Assembly (NCBI GenBank): GCA_965603825.1 | Contig: CBFDEM010000014.1 | Coordinates: forward strand, 743,157-807,156 | Length of the DNA stretch: 64,000 nucleotides | From: Blepharisma stoltei ATCC 30299 | Taxonomy: Eukaryota > Protista > Ciliophora | Direction of reading: 5' to 3' | Shown here: positions 1 through 12,878 of the stretch, one piece after another | Position numbering within the stretch: position 1 is the stretch's first letter | Layout: each line of letters begins with the position of its first letter | Notes under the pieces: model-generated | Databases searched by the model: none | The model's input: the letters and a program-made list of their open reading frames with translations, nothing else | What the model was told of the DNA's origin: nothing | Made by a program: the position numbers and the translations under genes

Positions 1-2
1 CT

Positions 3-3000
3 GAGAGACTAATTGAAGAAATCAAAGCAAGTCTTAAAGTAGATAAAACTATTTTTATAAAAAGAGTTGATATTTATGCAAAAGATCAGAGCGTAAAACA
101 ATTATGTGAGTTTTATAAACAATCAACCGATAAAACCAATTTTTGTATAAATTATGCCAAAGATAAACTGAGAAATATGATACGATCAATTAAAAATGAA
201 ATAATTGTTGCTCTTAGTCAAAGAAATTGAGAATTGGCATTTAAAAATGCTCGTATTTTAGAATTAAAAAATGAGATAAAAATAATATTAGAAGATAGTG
301 ATTCCATTTTCAAAGAAATATTATCAAATCTTAATGAAAAAATTGATCAAAATTTAAAAACTCTTTTAAATATTGAGTATAAAGATAGTAGTACCGAGTT
401 GGTAGAATCATTTAAATTTTACAAAAATCTTATGGATTTTAATACTAATTTTAAATCAGAACCTAAAGCCAAGGAGATTTTCCCCATTAAAAATGAAATC
501 GAAAGTATTCATGCTGCAATTTTAGACTTTTATCAGGAACTCAATAAAAATTACACAGAGTTCAAACCACCAAATAGTTCCATAAAGTGTAATGAGACAT
601 TGGATAAAATTAAAGAATGGGATAACTTTTTGAAAAATTTTAAGGAGTTTTTATCACAGAATCAAATTTATACTAGTTTTGATAGCAAGATAAAAGAGCA
701 GTGACGTTATTCAAAATTTAAAAATGATTTAACTCAAACATTAGTTGAATTAAACAATTTTTTCATAAAATTTAAAGTTCATGATGAAGATATCATGCAA
801 CAAGCACTACTTGATAATTACGCAAAAAATATTCAAGAAAAATGAAATCAAATCAGAAGTTTCAGCTACTTAAAAAATCACTTAAACCTAGAGACTAATC
901 TTGAATTAATGCAATCAGAGGCAATTGGTTCGATAAGAATTGAAATAAATGAAATTGTTAGGAATGCTTTACATTTGATAGATAAGCAGGATATAAGAAT
1001 TGAAGAATTTAATCAAATTCGGAGTTACTATAATTTTTTGGGCTTTTTCGAAAAAAATTTAAAAATTTCAGATCTTGATTTGAAAGCGACACTTCAAGCA
1101 ATTAAAGGTAAAATTTATGATAAAATCAAAGAATTAAAAACCAAAGCCGTGAATGGAAAGGAGCTGGTAGAAATAATTGAACCTTTGTTAAAAATGAAAG
1201 AACTTTCAATTAATTTTCCTAATTTTAGAGAGGGACTTCATAAAATTATAGATGATTCTTTAGAAAAAATTGGAAAAAATAGCAAAGGAATGATATTAGG
1301 AATAATTGGAGAGCTAGGAAATCATTCAACCGGACTTTATATACTGAATGAGCATAAGTTTTTTGAAGGAGTTACACAAAGACTATGGCGACAAAAGACA
1401 GAAGCTTATGGAATAGGTTATACACTTGAAAAACTTAAAGGCTCACAATTAAATATAAACGAACTTCGAGAAAAGCATCAGGCATACAGTGATAAATTTA
1501 AAGAGTATAGTGCAAAGTACCAGTCGATTATTCATAAAGAAGGCATAGATAATGCCATAAGTCAGATAGTGGCTGAAATAGAAATAACCTCCAGGATTCA
1601 TGCTGTACCATCTTTGAGTATAGATATTGCCAATAGTCAAGGCGTAGATAATGCTATAAGCCAAACAGCAGCTGAAGCAGAAATACCCTCAAGGACTCAC
1701 TCAGAGAACCCTTCCGATATAGACCTTAACTCATTCAAAAATCTCATTCCAAAACTTCTAGCTTATATTTCTATTCTATGGGAACTTTGCAATATAAAAA
1801 AATACAATCAAGATGCTAATAGTGAAGAAGAAAGGGAACTCTTTGCACTGCATCCAGTACAAGTTCTGTCAATATTCCGTATGATCGGCATTGGCAATGA
1901 AGAAAATGTAGGCTTTAAAAATAATTTAGTGCAAATTCTAACAGGGGAAGGTAAATCAATTACATTGGCATTTTTAAGTTGCATGCTTGCCTTATTAGGA
2001 TTTACAGTTAATTGTGCCTGCTATAGCGAACATTTAAGTCAGAGGGATTTCGAAAATTTTGAACCTTTGTATACAGCTTTAAATGTTAGCTCATATATAA
2101 AATATGGAACATTTAACAAACTTTGCGAAGATGAAATTAATTCAAATGGAGACATTAGAGAAAGAGTCTTAGATATAATCAGCCCTAGACCTAATTGCAG
2201 CTCAAATATAACTGATAATACTATGAAAAGACCTAAAATTCTTCTTATAGACGAAGTAGATGTATTTTTCTCCAAATCTTTCTATGGCAATATTTATAGG
2301 CCTCTAGCAAAATTGAAACATCCTACTATTAAGATATTAACAGACTATATATGAAAATCTAGAGAAATGCTTAAAAATATAGATATAAGAACAGCAAATG
2401 AATATACAGATTGTTGCAGACAATTTCCTGGGTTTGAGTTTATTATTGAAGAAGCTGTAAAAGACATGAAAATTCATATACAGCAATTTGCCTCGCATGA
2501 TTATATAGTTCAACATGATAAAATTGGGTATAAAGAGCATGACGGAATTTCATTTAATAAGAATTATGGATATAATACTCTATTTGCTTATTATTTTGAG
2601 CATGAAAAAGGAAGTATAACACAAGAAAGCCTAAACGAAAATATTTTTATCGGGATTAAATGCGGCATATTTTCATTTGCCGAAGTTCCTCTCAAATTCA
2701 AATATATTATGGGAGTCACAGGGACTTTAGAGACCTTAGGGAATTATGAAAAAAATATCATAGAAAATATATATAATATTAAAATACAAACTTATATGCC
2801 ATCTGTTTTTGGAGACAATCGTAGAACTTTTGCAATAGAAAAGGATGTTCGTGTAGAAGCCAGTGAAGGTTATTATTTGGCTATAATTACTGAAATAAAT
2901 GAGAAAATAGGGCAAGCAGGCTCCAAACGTGCTGTCCTAGTGTTTTTCGAAGATGAAAAGAAACTAATGGATTTTTATAATGAATCAACTTTAAAGTACT

Positions 3001-4226
3001 CCAGCTATGACATTCAGTTGATAACAGAGAATTTGAGCTCAGAAGATAGGGGAATGATGATTAAAAAAGCAACAGTTCCAAATACTGTGACATTATTAGT
3101 AAGAGTTTTTGGCCGAGGAATTGATTTTATATGCCAAAATCAAAATATGGAGACTAATGAAGGAATTCATGTACTACAAACATTTTTCTCAGAAAATATA
3201 TCTGAAGAAATCCAAATTAAAGGAAGATCAGCAAGACAAGGCCAAAAAGGATCTTACAGCATAATTCTTTTAGACAGTGAGTTAGAAAAGTTTTCAGTTC
3301 AAAAAGAAGACATTAAAAATATGAAAGATAGAAGCTCAATTTATAATGATTTGAATAAGAAAAGAAATGAATTTAACCAAATTAAAAGTGAAAACCAATC
3401 TACCTATATAGAGGAATATGAAGTCCAGCATTATGAATCAATCAATTTTTTGGGTTTTATTAAGGATAATGATCTAGAGAATGCTAAACTTTTCTTACAA
3501 ACTTTAAATAAAGGAACTAATATAGAAAGTGGGATTTGTAAAACGATTGTTTTAATGGACGCGACTGGTTCAATGGACCTTTTACTGCAAAATGCTAAAA
3601 ATACAGTAAAAACAATGTTCCAACGGGTTTGTATTATTTTATCAGAGAATGGGATCAATCCTGAATGTTTTCAATTGCAATACTGTGCATATAGAAATTA
3701 TAGCTCCTTATTAAAAATTCTTCAAGTATCTCCATGAACTAATAAATCGGATATTCTCGAAAGTTTTTTGGAAAATGTCAAATCTGAAGGTGGTCAGGGA
3801 AATGAAGCAATAGAAGTCGGATTATGACATGTAAATAATGCCATTAAAATTGACACAATTTCTCAAGTAATTTTAATCGGCGATCGTCCTCCAAACACTG
3901 CTAAGGACATTGAAAATAAAAGAGGTAAAGATTCAAAATACTGAAATAGCACAAAATTTAAAGATGTAAGGCACTATAGAAAAGAACTATTAGAGATTAA
4001 GGAGTTTGGGGTTCCAATAAATGCTTTTTATGTTTGTAGTGATGCTCAAAAGAAATTTGAAAAAATTGCAGCAATAACAGGAGGAAAAAGTGAATTCCTG
4101 CATATTAATTCAAGTTCAGGAGCAGAGAGACTGACAGATTTAGTTTCTACTCAAATTTTGGGAAAAGTAGGTGGAGAAGATGCAGTAAATGCTTATTGGA
4201 AGAAGTTTCCTATTTCATATGCTTAA
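3..4226 (+). CDS. Large SecA-like SF2 helicase with C-terminal von Willebrand A domain (5'-partial, >1400 aa)
   Basis: One frame open from window start to TAA 4224-4226 if TGA=Trp (TGA at 228, 702, 843, 2352, 3735, 3825, 3942). SecA motifs QILTGEGKS, LLIDEVD, GVTGT, GRGIDF, QIKGRSARQGQKGS; vWA MIDAS-like VLMDATGSM, plus GGQGNEA, VILIGD, IAAITGG. Confidence 0.85.
1542..1739 (+). repeat. Intragenic tandem duplication, 99-nt/33-aa unit
   Basis: GIDNAISQIVAEIEITSRIH (1542) vs GVDNAISQTAAEAEIPSRTH (1641). Confidence 0.8.
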
Positions 4227-4676
4227 CTTTAAATAAGCTTCAATAATATCTCCTTTCTTTTTTATAACAATTTCAAAATATTTGCTAAGGATTTCTTTAA
4301 AATGATTTAGTTATATTAGCGTATCAACACATATTAAAATGGCATTGCGAGCCAGCACTTTGCTCAAATCCTTTTCAAGAAGGCTTTACAACACAGGGAA
4401 CCTTAAGAAAGAAAAAAGACATAACTTGGTTTTAGACTATAGGTGGAACAGCAATACTAAAGAGACGAGCCCAGCTCAGAATTAATAATGCCTTTCCCCA
4501 TGTAAATTGGAACTAAAATTTGAAAAGTGGAAACTAACACTCCCGAGGACCCCGAGGACACCTACTAGGTAAAACAGGTAAGCTCTAGGATAGCAGCTGT
4601 CGCTATGTTTCAGGCTAGTAATTCCGTCTTTATTATCGGCTAAAAGAATATTTTGTAAATTTTGGAAGGCGACCCA

Positions 4677-6011
4677 AGCTAATTCTCAAATGTTTATAGA
4701 AATTATTTCTTTTCCCAATTTTAAGGCTTCATCTAATTCGTTGAGAAATAGCAATTCTTTGCTTGAGTTTCCATATGGTCAGTATCTAACTATTGCTTCA
4801 ATTCATGAATTTACGAATTCATTATTAATTCTTTGATATTTTCTACAACATTTCATTAAAAATTTATGGAATAAAATGACTGTTTGGACTTTATGCAAAG
4901 GCAGCAGCACACTGTAAGCAAAAGATTTAAAGTATTCAGAATTAGAAATCTGCCTATGCATAAATTTAAGAATATCCTTAGTTCCATTTAACTCTGGATC
5001 TTCATGTATAATTCTTAACAATATATACTATACTCAATCTGCTTTAAAATGATTGTTTGGATGCTAGGCATTTTTCTATATATAAATTTAATAAATATTA
5101 AAACAATACTTCTCTCTTTTTCAATATCGCTACGCAATTTTTGCACTAAAGCTTTTATTATGTTGGTATCAATCACTACGTTAAGCAAATCCTGGCTTGT
5201 CTTATTCGTAAGCGGCGAATTGATAACCTCTGTTGCTCCTAAATTTGACTGAGCCAATGAACTATAAGTTTCTGAATTTTGCGAAACTTCGTCCAGTTTT
5301 AATACCAAAACCTCAAAAAAATCATAAAATGACTGGAAATAAGTTCATCATTCGTTATGAGTTGACATTTTGACTTTTCCATTTGCAATTTGGCTGGATG
5401 CTATGGTATATGATTTTATTGATATTGAGTCTGATAAATTGCTCACAATAATTTCTTTTATTTTATCTATATGGAACTTTATAAGAATATCCATATAGGT
5501 TTGTTCTATAATATATCTTGACAGCTTAGAAAAAGCTAGAGTGCGCTGGCTTAAATTAAAAGAGCCAGTCTCAGTTTTTAATAAATCAGGAAAAACACAA
5601 AGATTGGCACAATTGTATACGGATTGCTCGTTAAGATCAGTATCAAGTAAACAGTGTCCATCAGTAACCCTTTTAAAAATGTCTTCTTTTGAATTTGTTT
5701 TATGCTTTTGATGCTTTCTTTTATTTTTATTTTCTACAGAAATATTTGGATTTATTCTAATTCGAGTAAGCAAGAATCATTAGAGCTATTTATACTCAAT
5801 TTTGGTTGATTTAAAGAAGAATTGACTTCATTTTGATGGATTTCTGTTTTGGTACAAAGCTCACTGCTTTGCTCTAGCTCTGAACTATTTTTTGAGTACT
5901 TTTCATCTGTATCAGAACTATTTGTATGGGTGGCTTTGCTTTTATCAATGATATTTTCATTTTCCTGAATTCTAGGTTGGAAGAAGATGCGCTAATATCA
6001 ATGGTGCTCAT
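4677..6011 (-). pseudogene. Divergent PP2A B'/B56 regulatory subunit-like, frameshifted and 3'-truncated
   Basis: B56-like motifs WWTYFQSFYDFF, ERSIV..FIYRK, VLLPLHKV..FH, IVRYWPYGNSSKELLFLNELDEAL (W=TGA). Frameshifts near 5770 and 5020; homology stops at 4677. Confidence 0.7.
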
Positions 6012-6317
6012 ATTACAAATTATAAATATCTTAAACTCATCTAGATTTAAAATAATTTATATTAAATCTTATGATAACTATTAATTGGATCTTTTTCATT
6101 TAATTCAACACATATCATATAAAGCCTTATCTTAAGGCTAGTCCTCTAACCATGGCCCCCATTTTAATAAGCTAATCAAGCCAGAGCGAGAATAATTAGC
6201 CATTAAGATAAATCTGTATTTAGTCTTACATTTTTCAAAGCACAAATATAATTTTAAAAATCTTTAAGATAAATAAAAATCCTTATTGTGGAGATGGATA
6301 AAGTTCTCTATAAAGGC

Positions 6318-6590
6318 TTACGCTGGCTTCTCTTTGATTTTCTTCAAAATTTCGGTGCAAATGAACTCTGCCAGCATATCATCTGAATTAAAATCAGAAA
6401 CCCTGCTCTCACCTCTAGTAGCATTTGCAATCCTTCTAAATTTAGCTATTGCTGCTTGATTATTATAAGTCGCATGCACAGGATGCAAAATAAAATTTTC
6501 ATTAAAATATGATTTTGATAGATTTAAAGGGGAGAAGCCTTGCAAAAAGTTTGAGTAGGATTTAAAATCTTGTTTATAAGCATTAAAGAT
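6318..6590 (-). pseudogene. C-terminal vWA fragment paralogous to the 3' end of the SecA-vWA gene
   Basis: HPVHATY..AIAKFRRIANATRGES..DFNS..LAEFICTEILKKI aligns by eye with VPINAFY..AQKKFEKIAAITGGKS..HINS..LTDLVSTQILGKV of gene 1; no start codon or N-terminus. Confidence 0.55.
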
Positions 6591-8064
6591 ATGATTTATT
6601 TAGTTTTAGGGTTTATATCCCTTATTATTACTTTATTAAATTTAATATAAAATTTGGTAAAATTTATTAATTTAACCATTATGTTATTATTTTAAATTTA
6701 TTTCAATTAGAATTTATTTAAGAAGCATATTAATTATTTAGCATCTCAAAGAGGTACTATTTAATTCTTTACAATAATAAGCCTTAAATATTTTTAGAGA
6801 TATTATGGAGAAAGCTTTCGCTAATAAGGAAAGCTTGGATATTTTAATCGATGATATTTCTTCAGCCATTCTTAGCTTTCTCTCCTTTTTAACTCCAATT
6901 TAGCTGCTTTGGCAAACAGTCAATCACTGTGCCTTTAATTAGGAAAATACAATGAAATAAGCAGAATCAGTGAAAGTTTCAAATAAAATTCCTTCGCTTT
7001 GTCAAGCTCAAGTCTCCGCTATTCTTCATGCAAATAACTAGGCCAAAGGAATAGATTTTTGCTCTTTTAATTATAAGGGATCGTTTTGATGATGAGGTTT
7101 CTCCACTTTGAGGATTCTGAGCAATTGTATTAAAATGATGTAAAATAAAGTTTATTTAAAATATATTTTATTCGCTTAGAGAGAAGAGTTCTTATAAACA
7201 ATCTGGGCGGATTTATGTTCCTCAAATTTAAATAGATTTATAATATTTGTTTAAGTTCAGAAAAGTAATTTTGCTATTAATATCGTAAATGTGTATCAAT
7301 ATTATATAAAGATTTAAATTTCATTAATTAATTAAATAAACGATTTTTATATTTTCATTTTATCTAAAAATTATTTTGTTCTTTTATTGGACTTCGCTAT
7401 AAAATGATTTCTTTTCTTTTTAGGTAGCTATAATTTTATACATAATTATGTTTTAAGAAATAGTTCTTCCAGGTGTAAATTGTCATTGAGAAACTAAAAT
7501 CATTTAATTCATAATTATTCATGAAATTCAAGTAAATAAATATTAAAATCTTATAGAGATCAGCTTCTATGCTAAATCTTCATAGTATAGTGCTAATAAA
7601 AGCGTAATTTATTTATTATATATTCCCGAAAATTTTATCTATCTATAAATGATTAGTGGAATTAATTCTTTTCTTTTGTTTAAAGTCAACAAAGTTGAAT
7701 TCAAATGAAAAGCAGATCGAATGCAATTTCAGAACTCCTTTATACGTTGACGAATTCCCATAGATCGCAGCTTATCTTTCAATCTCCCCCTTTTGATTGG
7801 CTCGAATTTCAAACCCTAATCCTATTCAATTGGATGCTGATCTTTTTGATTCGCTGACGCTTAGTTATTATATTCAAATCCTCGATGGAAAAAAATATTT
7901 GGATCAGCTTTAATTGGCCTTAGCCAAAATCTCCCTTTGAAAACATGGTTGAATATCATGAGTAATAATGACGAAATTATAAGCGTAGAAATAGAAATTA
8001 TAAAAGACAGAGAATTAATAATTATCTTATGCGCTCACTCGGAGCGAATCCAATTTTAATTCTA

Positions 8065-8707
8065 AAGAATTCATAGTGAATTTGCAAATTCATGAGTTGA
8101 AGCAATAGTTAGATACTGACCATATGGAAACTCAAGCAAAGAATTGCTATTTCTCAACGAATTAGATGAAGCCTTAAAATTGGGAAAAGAAATAATTTCT
8201 ATAAACATTTGAGAATTAGCTATTAAAAAGTTATCGAGTGAAATACCAAATATTCATAAAAAGGTTTCCAGCCTTGCAATCTCCATATTAAGTAGTGATC
8301 TGTTAAGATCAATTTTCCGTAGAAACTTCCCAAATTTCCCACTTATGGTACTTAAACCTATTCGAAAAGTTGAAAATTTAAAAGGGAGTCGTATTTGAGA
8401 TATGCCAATAAGCTTTTTAAGGTGCAAAGCGTTTGAGAGCTTAGCTCAAGAATACTTAAAGGTGTATTTTAAAGATATTAAAAGTTATGCATTAGTAAGA
8501 TCATTAGCTCGAATGCATGATGTGCTGTCAAGAGAAAAACTTGAAGCAATATGAGATGTTTTACTGAATGAAGCCAAAAAAATCAACCCCAGCTTCAAAA
8601 ATCCAAAAATACCTTATCAAAGCAAGCATGTGTCTGGTTTAGCAAATATGAATGATGCTATCCTTAGCTCCGGAATCTCATTCCAGCAATATTTCTTTAT
8701 TAAATAA
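8065..8707 (+). pseudogene. C-terminal fragment of B56-like gene (inverted copy relative to 4677-4830)
   Basis: About 8090-8220 is near-identical to the reverse complement of about 4677-4810; reads WVEAIVRYWPYGNSSKELLFLNEL...QQYFFIK* with TGA=Trp; no N-terminal half. Confidence 0.7.
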
Positions 8708-9549
8708 TATAAAACATATGAAAATACATTGACAGAGTTCGATAAATATTGGTTTGTTGCTTTTATATGTTCTATACCTTATTTGTCATAAAAATTAAGC
8801 AGCAGCATTCAGAAATTTCTAAAATAGAGCCGATATGTATTATAAGCAGCCTGAATTGGAGCATCATACTTAATAATACTTTATAAAGAAGATCATTAAT
8901 AGCATATAAAAAAAAATTCATGTAAAATTAAGACTAAAAATTGCTAAAACCATAGTTAATTAGTAGCATATTTAATACAATGATATTCCAATCTTTACAA
9001 TAAAAAAGTAAACTGAGTCCAAAAAGTCAGATCATTTTTTTTCCAAACTATTATCCGAAATTCTTATAATCATTTCATGTATCTTGCTGTTTAATCGCAT
9101 TTGCATACACATTTGATCTCATGGATGACTTTTTATAAAAGCCCAACAAGTTTTTCTTTTCTTTAGAAATAAGCCTATCTCTATATCATCAATAGAGTCT
9201 TAAATTGATTTTTTACTTCGTCCAATGCTTGCAATCTTTATTTTTCCTCTTCCGAATATATGGCACAACTTTTTATTCTTCACTACTAGAATTATTGGAG
9301 TCAGATGTTGTATGAAATCATCATTGAGGCTGCTGCTAGACGATAAGCCCATTGGCTTAGAGTGAGATTCAAAGTCTGATCCTCATTCTGATGAAGAATT
9401 TCCTATTTTTATTGATTATTATTAGATACCCCTATTACAAAATAAGTGTGTCAGAAAAGAAAATTCTGAATTTAAAAGTATTAATTACTTTTTCACCTAA
9501 AACTAAAATAGTCTTTATACAATAATTTCTTTTACTTTTTCTATATAAA

Positions 9550-9860
9550 ACTTTATAAAGATATCAATAAAGGTTTGATCTATAATAATTTTGACAACTT
9601 GGAAAAAGCAAGATTGCGTTGGTTTATATTAAAAGAGTCAGTCTCAGCGTTTAAAAAACCATGAAAAATACAAAGATTGGCATAGTTGCATAGAGATTGT
9701 TCGTTAAGATCTGTATCAAGTAAGTAAAGTTCATCAGTAATCCTTTTTAAATATTTTCTTTTGAATTGCTTTATGCTTTCGATGCCTCTTTCATTTTTAT
9801 TTGCTACACAAGTATTTTGTTTATTTCTTTTAATTCGAGTAAGTATGAATCATTAGCACT
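9550..9860 (-). pseudogene. N-terminal fragment of B56-like gene
   Basis: Similar to 5480-5785 (LLDTDLNEQS..ANLC.F..ET.SFN..QR.LAFSKLS); in-frame TAG. Confidence 0.65.
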
Positions 9861-9941
9861 AATAAATTAAGAACTATCCTTGCCATACCAAAAAAAATCA
9901 TGTTTTCAAGAATAAGTAAAAAATCGCTCTATTAAGGTAAA

Positions 9942-10718
9942 ATGGGGAACAATTTTTCAAATCTCTGCAATACATGTATGAAATCTACCAAAGCACCAGA
10001 AATTGTTCTAATTGATAACCCAGAAAAAGTAAAGCAGCCCATGGAATCAGCTCCTTTAATTATTAGAGGCTTCAATACAACTGATGTTCAAAGCAAACTA
10101 GAGGATGCCAAGCAAGAATTCCTTAATCTCATAAATGAAGGAATTGAAGGCGGAGACTGCGAAATCGTTGTAGACAACCCAGACTGCAAAGTCTCTGGTA
10201 AAGAAACATCAGACGGCTACCTAGTAAAATACCAGTTTAAAATGCCCTACGAGCCTGAAGCTCTCTTATCATTTCTCCAAAAGCTCGAAAAAAGACCTGT
10301 CTGGGACAAAAACGTTTTTTCGTCTGAAAGAATCGCCCAGCTTGACCCTTCAACCTGCATAATCCGTACAATTTATAAGAAACAGTGGGCTATTTCCTCC
10401 AGGGAAAATCTCATAGCATGCAAAAAAGCCAAAATTGGGGAAGCGATCGCAGATTTTAGCACCTCAGTAGAATCTGAAGAACTCCCAGTGCAAAATGACT
10501 ATGTAAGAGTCAAGTTATTTGTGGGTGGGTACTATTATGAGCCTATAGAAAAAGATGAAAATGGGAACATCACGCTTGTGACGAGTATTTCACATCTCGA
10601 TATTGGGATGACTAACGTGATGAATAAGCTAGCAAGAAAGCTGACGTCAACTGGGGTGCCGAAATTTGTGAAAACGCTGATGGCAGAGCTGAAAAAGGAT
10701 CTAGAAGAAGCTAAATAA
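9942..10718 (+). CDS. START-domain lipid-binding protein, probably N-acylated
   Basis: RPVWDKN, WAISSRE, YVRV motifs; MGN..C..C N-terminus. Confidence 0.85.
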   Translation: MGNNFSNLCNTCMKSTKAPEIVLIDNPEKVKQPMESAPLIIRGFNTTDVQSKLEDAKQEFLNLINEGIEGGDCEIVVDNPDCKVSGKETSDGYLVKYQFKMPYEPEALLSFLQKLEKRPVWDKNVFSSERIAQLDPSTCIIRTIYKKQWAISSRENLIACKKAKIGEAIADFSTSVESEELPVQNDYVRVKLFVGGYYYEPIEKDENGNITLVTSISHLDIGMTNVMNKLARKLTSTGVPKFVKTLMAELKKDLEEAK

Positions 10719-10911
10719 TATCAATGTATTGGAAATCAATGAAACATTCATATATAAATTTTTGAGTTATAATTAAAATGCTTATCGGAAATTTTTTTCT
10801 TGTCATGATATGCTAATTTTTTGGGAAGTCTAACTTTATAACCTAATTTAAGATGATTTATTGCCAAAAATTTAGCTTAATAGTCCATCTAATTAAATAA
10901 GCGATTATTTA

Positions 10912-11973
10912 TTATAAATAGTCTTGAGACTCCGCTTTTTGCTCGAAACTTACAGCTTTAGCTGGAGTTGGGCTCGATTCAGGGGAGCTCCAGTTCCAAG
11001 TATCCTCAAAATTCTTCGCATTTTTCAAGATGCTTGATTTTTTCAAGGTGGCTTCATAAATTCTTGCAATTTTGTCCATCTCAAGTTTTTTCTGTGTGAT
11101 TATTTCATCAGTTTCTCTTAATAATTTCATATCAAGGCTGATATTTCTGTGTGGTTTAAAAGAAAACTCTTTATTATTCCCGATCTGACTTTCTATTTCT
11201 TCAACAGAAAGAAACCTTGCAGGCTTAATAGGGTTTTGGCATCTTCTGCTTTCCTTACTAGGAGTGACGGATTTTGATTTATTTACACTTTCCCTTGTCG
11301 ATATATTTCGTTGATGCTTATATGCATTTTCATTGGAAAATTCTGTGCTTGTTTTTTCTTCTGGAATTCTTATAGGCGGTAATCTATCACCTATAAACAG
11401 TTTTTGTCCTTGAGAAATTTTTGCATCAACCATAGCTTCTAAATGCCGAAGTTCTACCACGACCCTTGGTTTTATGTATTTTGACCTCTTTTCTTTTGGT
11501 TTCGGGTTTTCTATAGGACTTTTTGGGAGGTTACATTTCATTGTAGGAAGCTTTTTTTCGCTTGATTTTGTGGAGGATTTGGAGATATTTGTGTTAGTTT
11601 TATATAATTGCAGCTTTACTCTGGTTATAAAGCAGGCATTAGAATTTGTGATTGAGTCATCACATTGTGTAGAGACATTGATGTGCTCTTGGCTTGAGTC
11701 ATCTGTTGGTGGTTCAGACGAATGATTCCTTGCATTTGCATTGGAAAGCTTTTCGTTCACTTGCTTCTGTAAATTCTGTAACAGTGAATTCTGCTTACGG
11801 TCTGAGAAGTTCTGATTTGTGGGTGTGTTATTTGAAACTGTTCTGTAGTCATAGTGTGTTTGAGGGACTTTTACAGAGCAGCTTACTGAAGGGGTGTAAG
11901 AAAAATGCCTATTGTGTTTAGTAGTTATAGCCTTTTTAGGTGTAAAGCTAATAGTGGCTTCTTTTTCTTCCAT
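10912..11973 (-). CDS. Hypothetical low-complexity S/K/N-rich protein
   Basis: 353-aa ORF, ATG in AT-rich context, TAA stop. Confidence 0.7.
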   Translation of the reverse strand: MEEKEATISFTPKKAITTKHNRHFSYTPSVSCSVKVPQTHYDYRTVSNNTPTNQNFSDRKQNSLLQNLQKQVNEKLSNANARNHSSEPPTDDSSQEHINVSTQCDDSITNSNACFITRVKLQLYKTNTNISKSSTKSSEKKLPTMKCNLPKSPIENPKPKEKRSKYIKPRVVVELRHLEAMVDAKISQGQKLFIGDRLPPIRIPEEKTSTEFSNENAYKHQRNISTRESVNKSKSVTPSKESRRCQNPIKPARFLSVEEIESQIGNNKEFSFKPHRNISLDMKLLRETDEIITQKKLEMDKIARIYEATLKKSSILKNAKNFEDTWNWSSPESSPTPAKAVSFEQKAESQDYL

Positions 11974-12115
11974 ATTAAATTTTATCAGCCTTTATTAAAA
12001 TGTTTAGAAATTTGGTGAGAAAATAAGAAAATAATTTTATTAGAGATTTTTAGAGTATTTTCTCAGGCTTTACCTTATTCCTATCTTAAAATTAAATTTA
12101 TATTATTCCCAGTAA

Positions 12116-12832
12116 ATGGATGTTTTAAAATACAATCCTAGATCAAATGGATCGAATTTCCATAAAAGCAGTATAAAAAAATCCCCAGCCAGCATCAGCT
12201 TTGAACGAGTAGAAAGCCCAAAAAAGTCCCCCAACAACTCTTTTGACTCTAACATAAAAACTGTCCCATCAAACCATTATTTAGAAAGACGATTCAAAGC
12301 TTACACTCGGGCATTCCGACAGGTAAACTCTGTAGTCAAAGCTTTCAATCGAAAAGCAAGTCCTTTTTTTGACCAAGCCAAAGAAGATTTAAACTCTTTT
12401 TTACAAAAATCGCCACCGACAAGCCAATTTTCTAAATTTCCTAATGAAATTGGGAAAAGCAGTAACGAAAAAATGATAACACAAAGATCAGAAATTCAGA
12501 GGAATAAATCGCCTATTAGCCCACACATAAAAAAACTGCTATGTTCGCCGAATCTTAATAGTAATTCAACAAAATTGTATCAAGATTTCTCAGAAGACAG
12601 TAGAAGTATAGAGAGGATGTCGAGTTTAAATAGTAAATCAGCGAGTAGGCCAAAGCTAAGGACTCAGTATTCTCATAAAAGATCTGTAACCCCAGAATTT
12701 AGGCTGAATATTAGTAAGATTTCGAATAATTCTTTTGAAAAGCTGCCGTCGATACACTCATCAACTAGCAAAAGGAAGCCGAAACGGCTTCTAGTTAACC
12801 TTGGAATGAATATGCTAGAGAATCAATGCTAA
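12116..12832 (+). CDS. Hypothetical basic Ser-rich protein
   Basis: 238-aa ORF divergent from the previous gene. Confidence 0.7.
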   Translation: MDVLKYNPRSNGSNFHKSSIKKSPASISFERVESPKKSPNNSFDSNIKTVPSNHYLERRFKAYTRAFRQVNSVVKAFNRKASPFFDQAKEDLNSFLQKSPPTSQFSKFPNEIGKSSNEKMITQRSEIQRNKSPISPHIKKLLCSPNLNSNSTKLYQDFSEDSRSIERMSSLNSKSASRPKLRTQYSHKRSVTPEFRLNISKISNNSFEKLPSIHSSTSKRKPKRLLVNLGMNMLENQC

Positions 12833-12878
12833 AATTATTGAAATCGCAAGTAAATAAATTTATAATAAATAGACTAAT

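Noticed and set aside
1-4226. Bacterial secA operon or contaminant
   Set aside because: Contiguous with eukaryotic genes, same TGA=Trp code, single fused ORF with non-SecA domains.
5014-5028. Candidate 15-nt intron gtatatattgttaag in the B56-like gene
   Set aside because: Lacks A10 and would not correct the frameshift.
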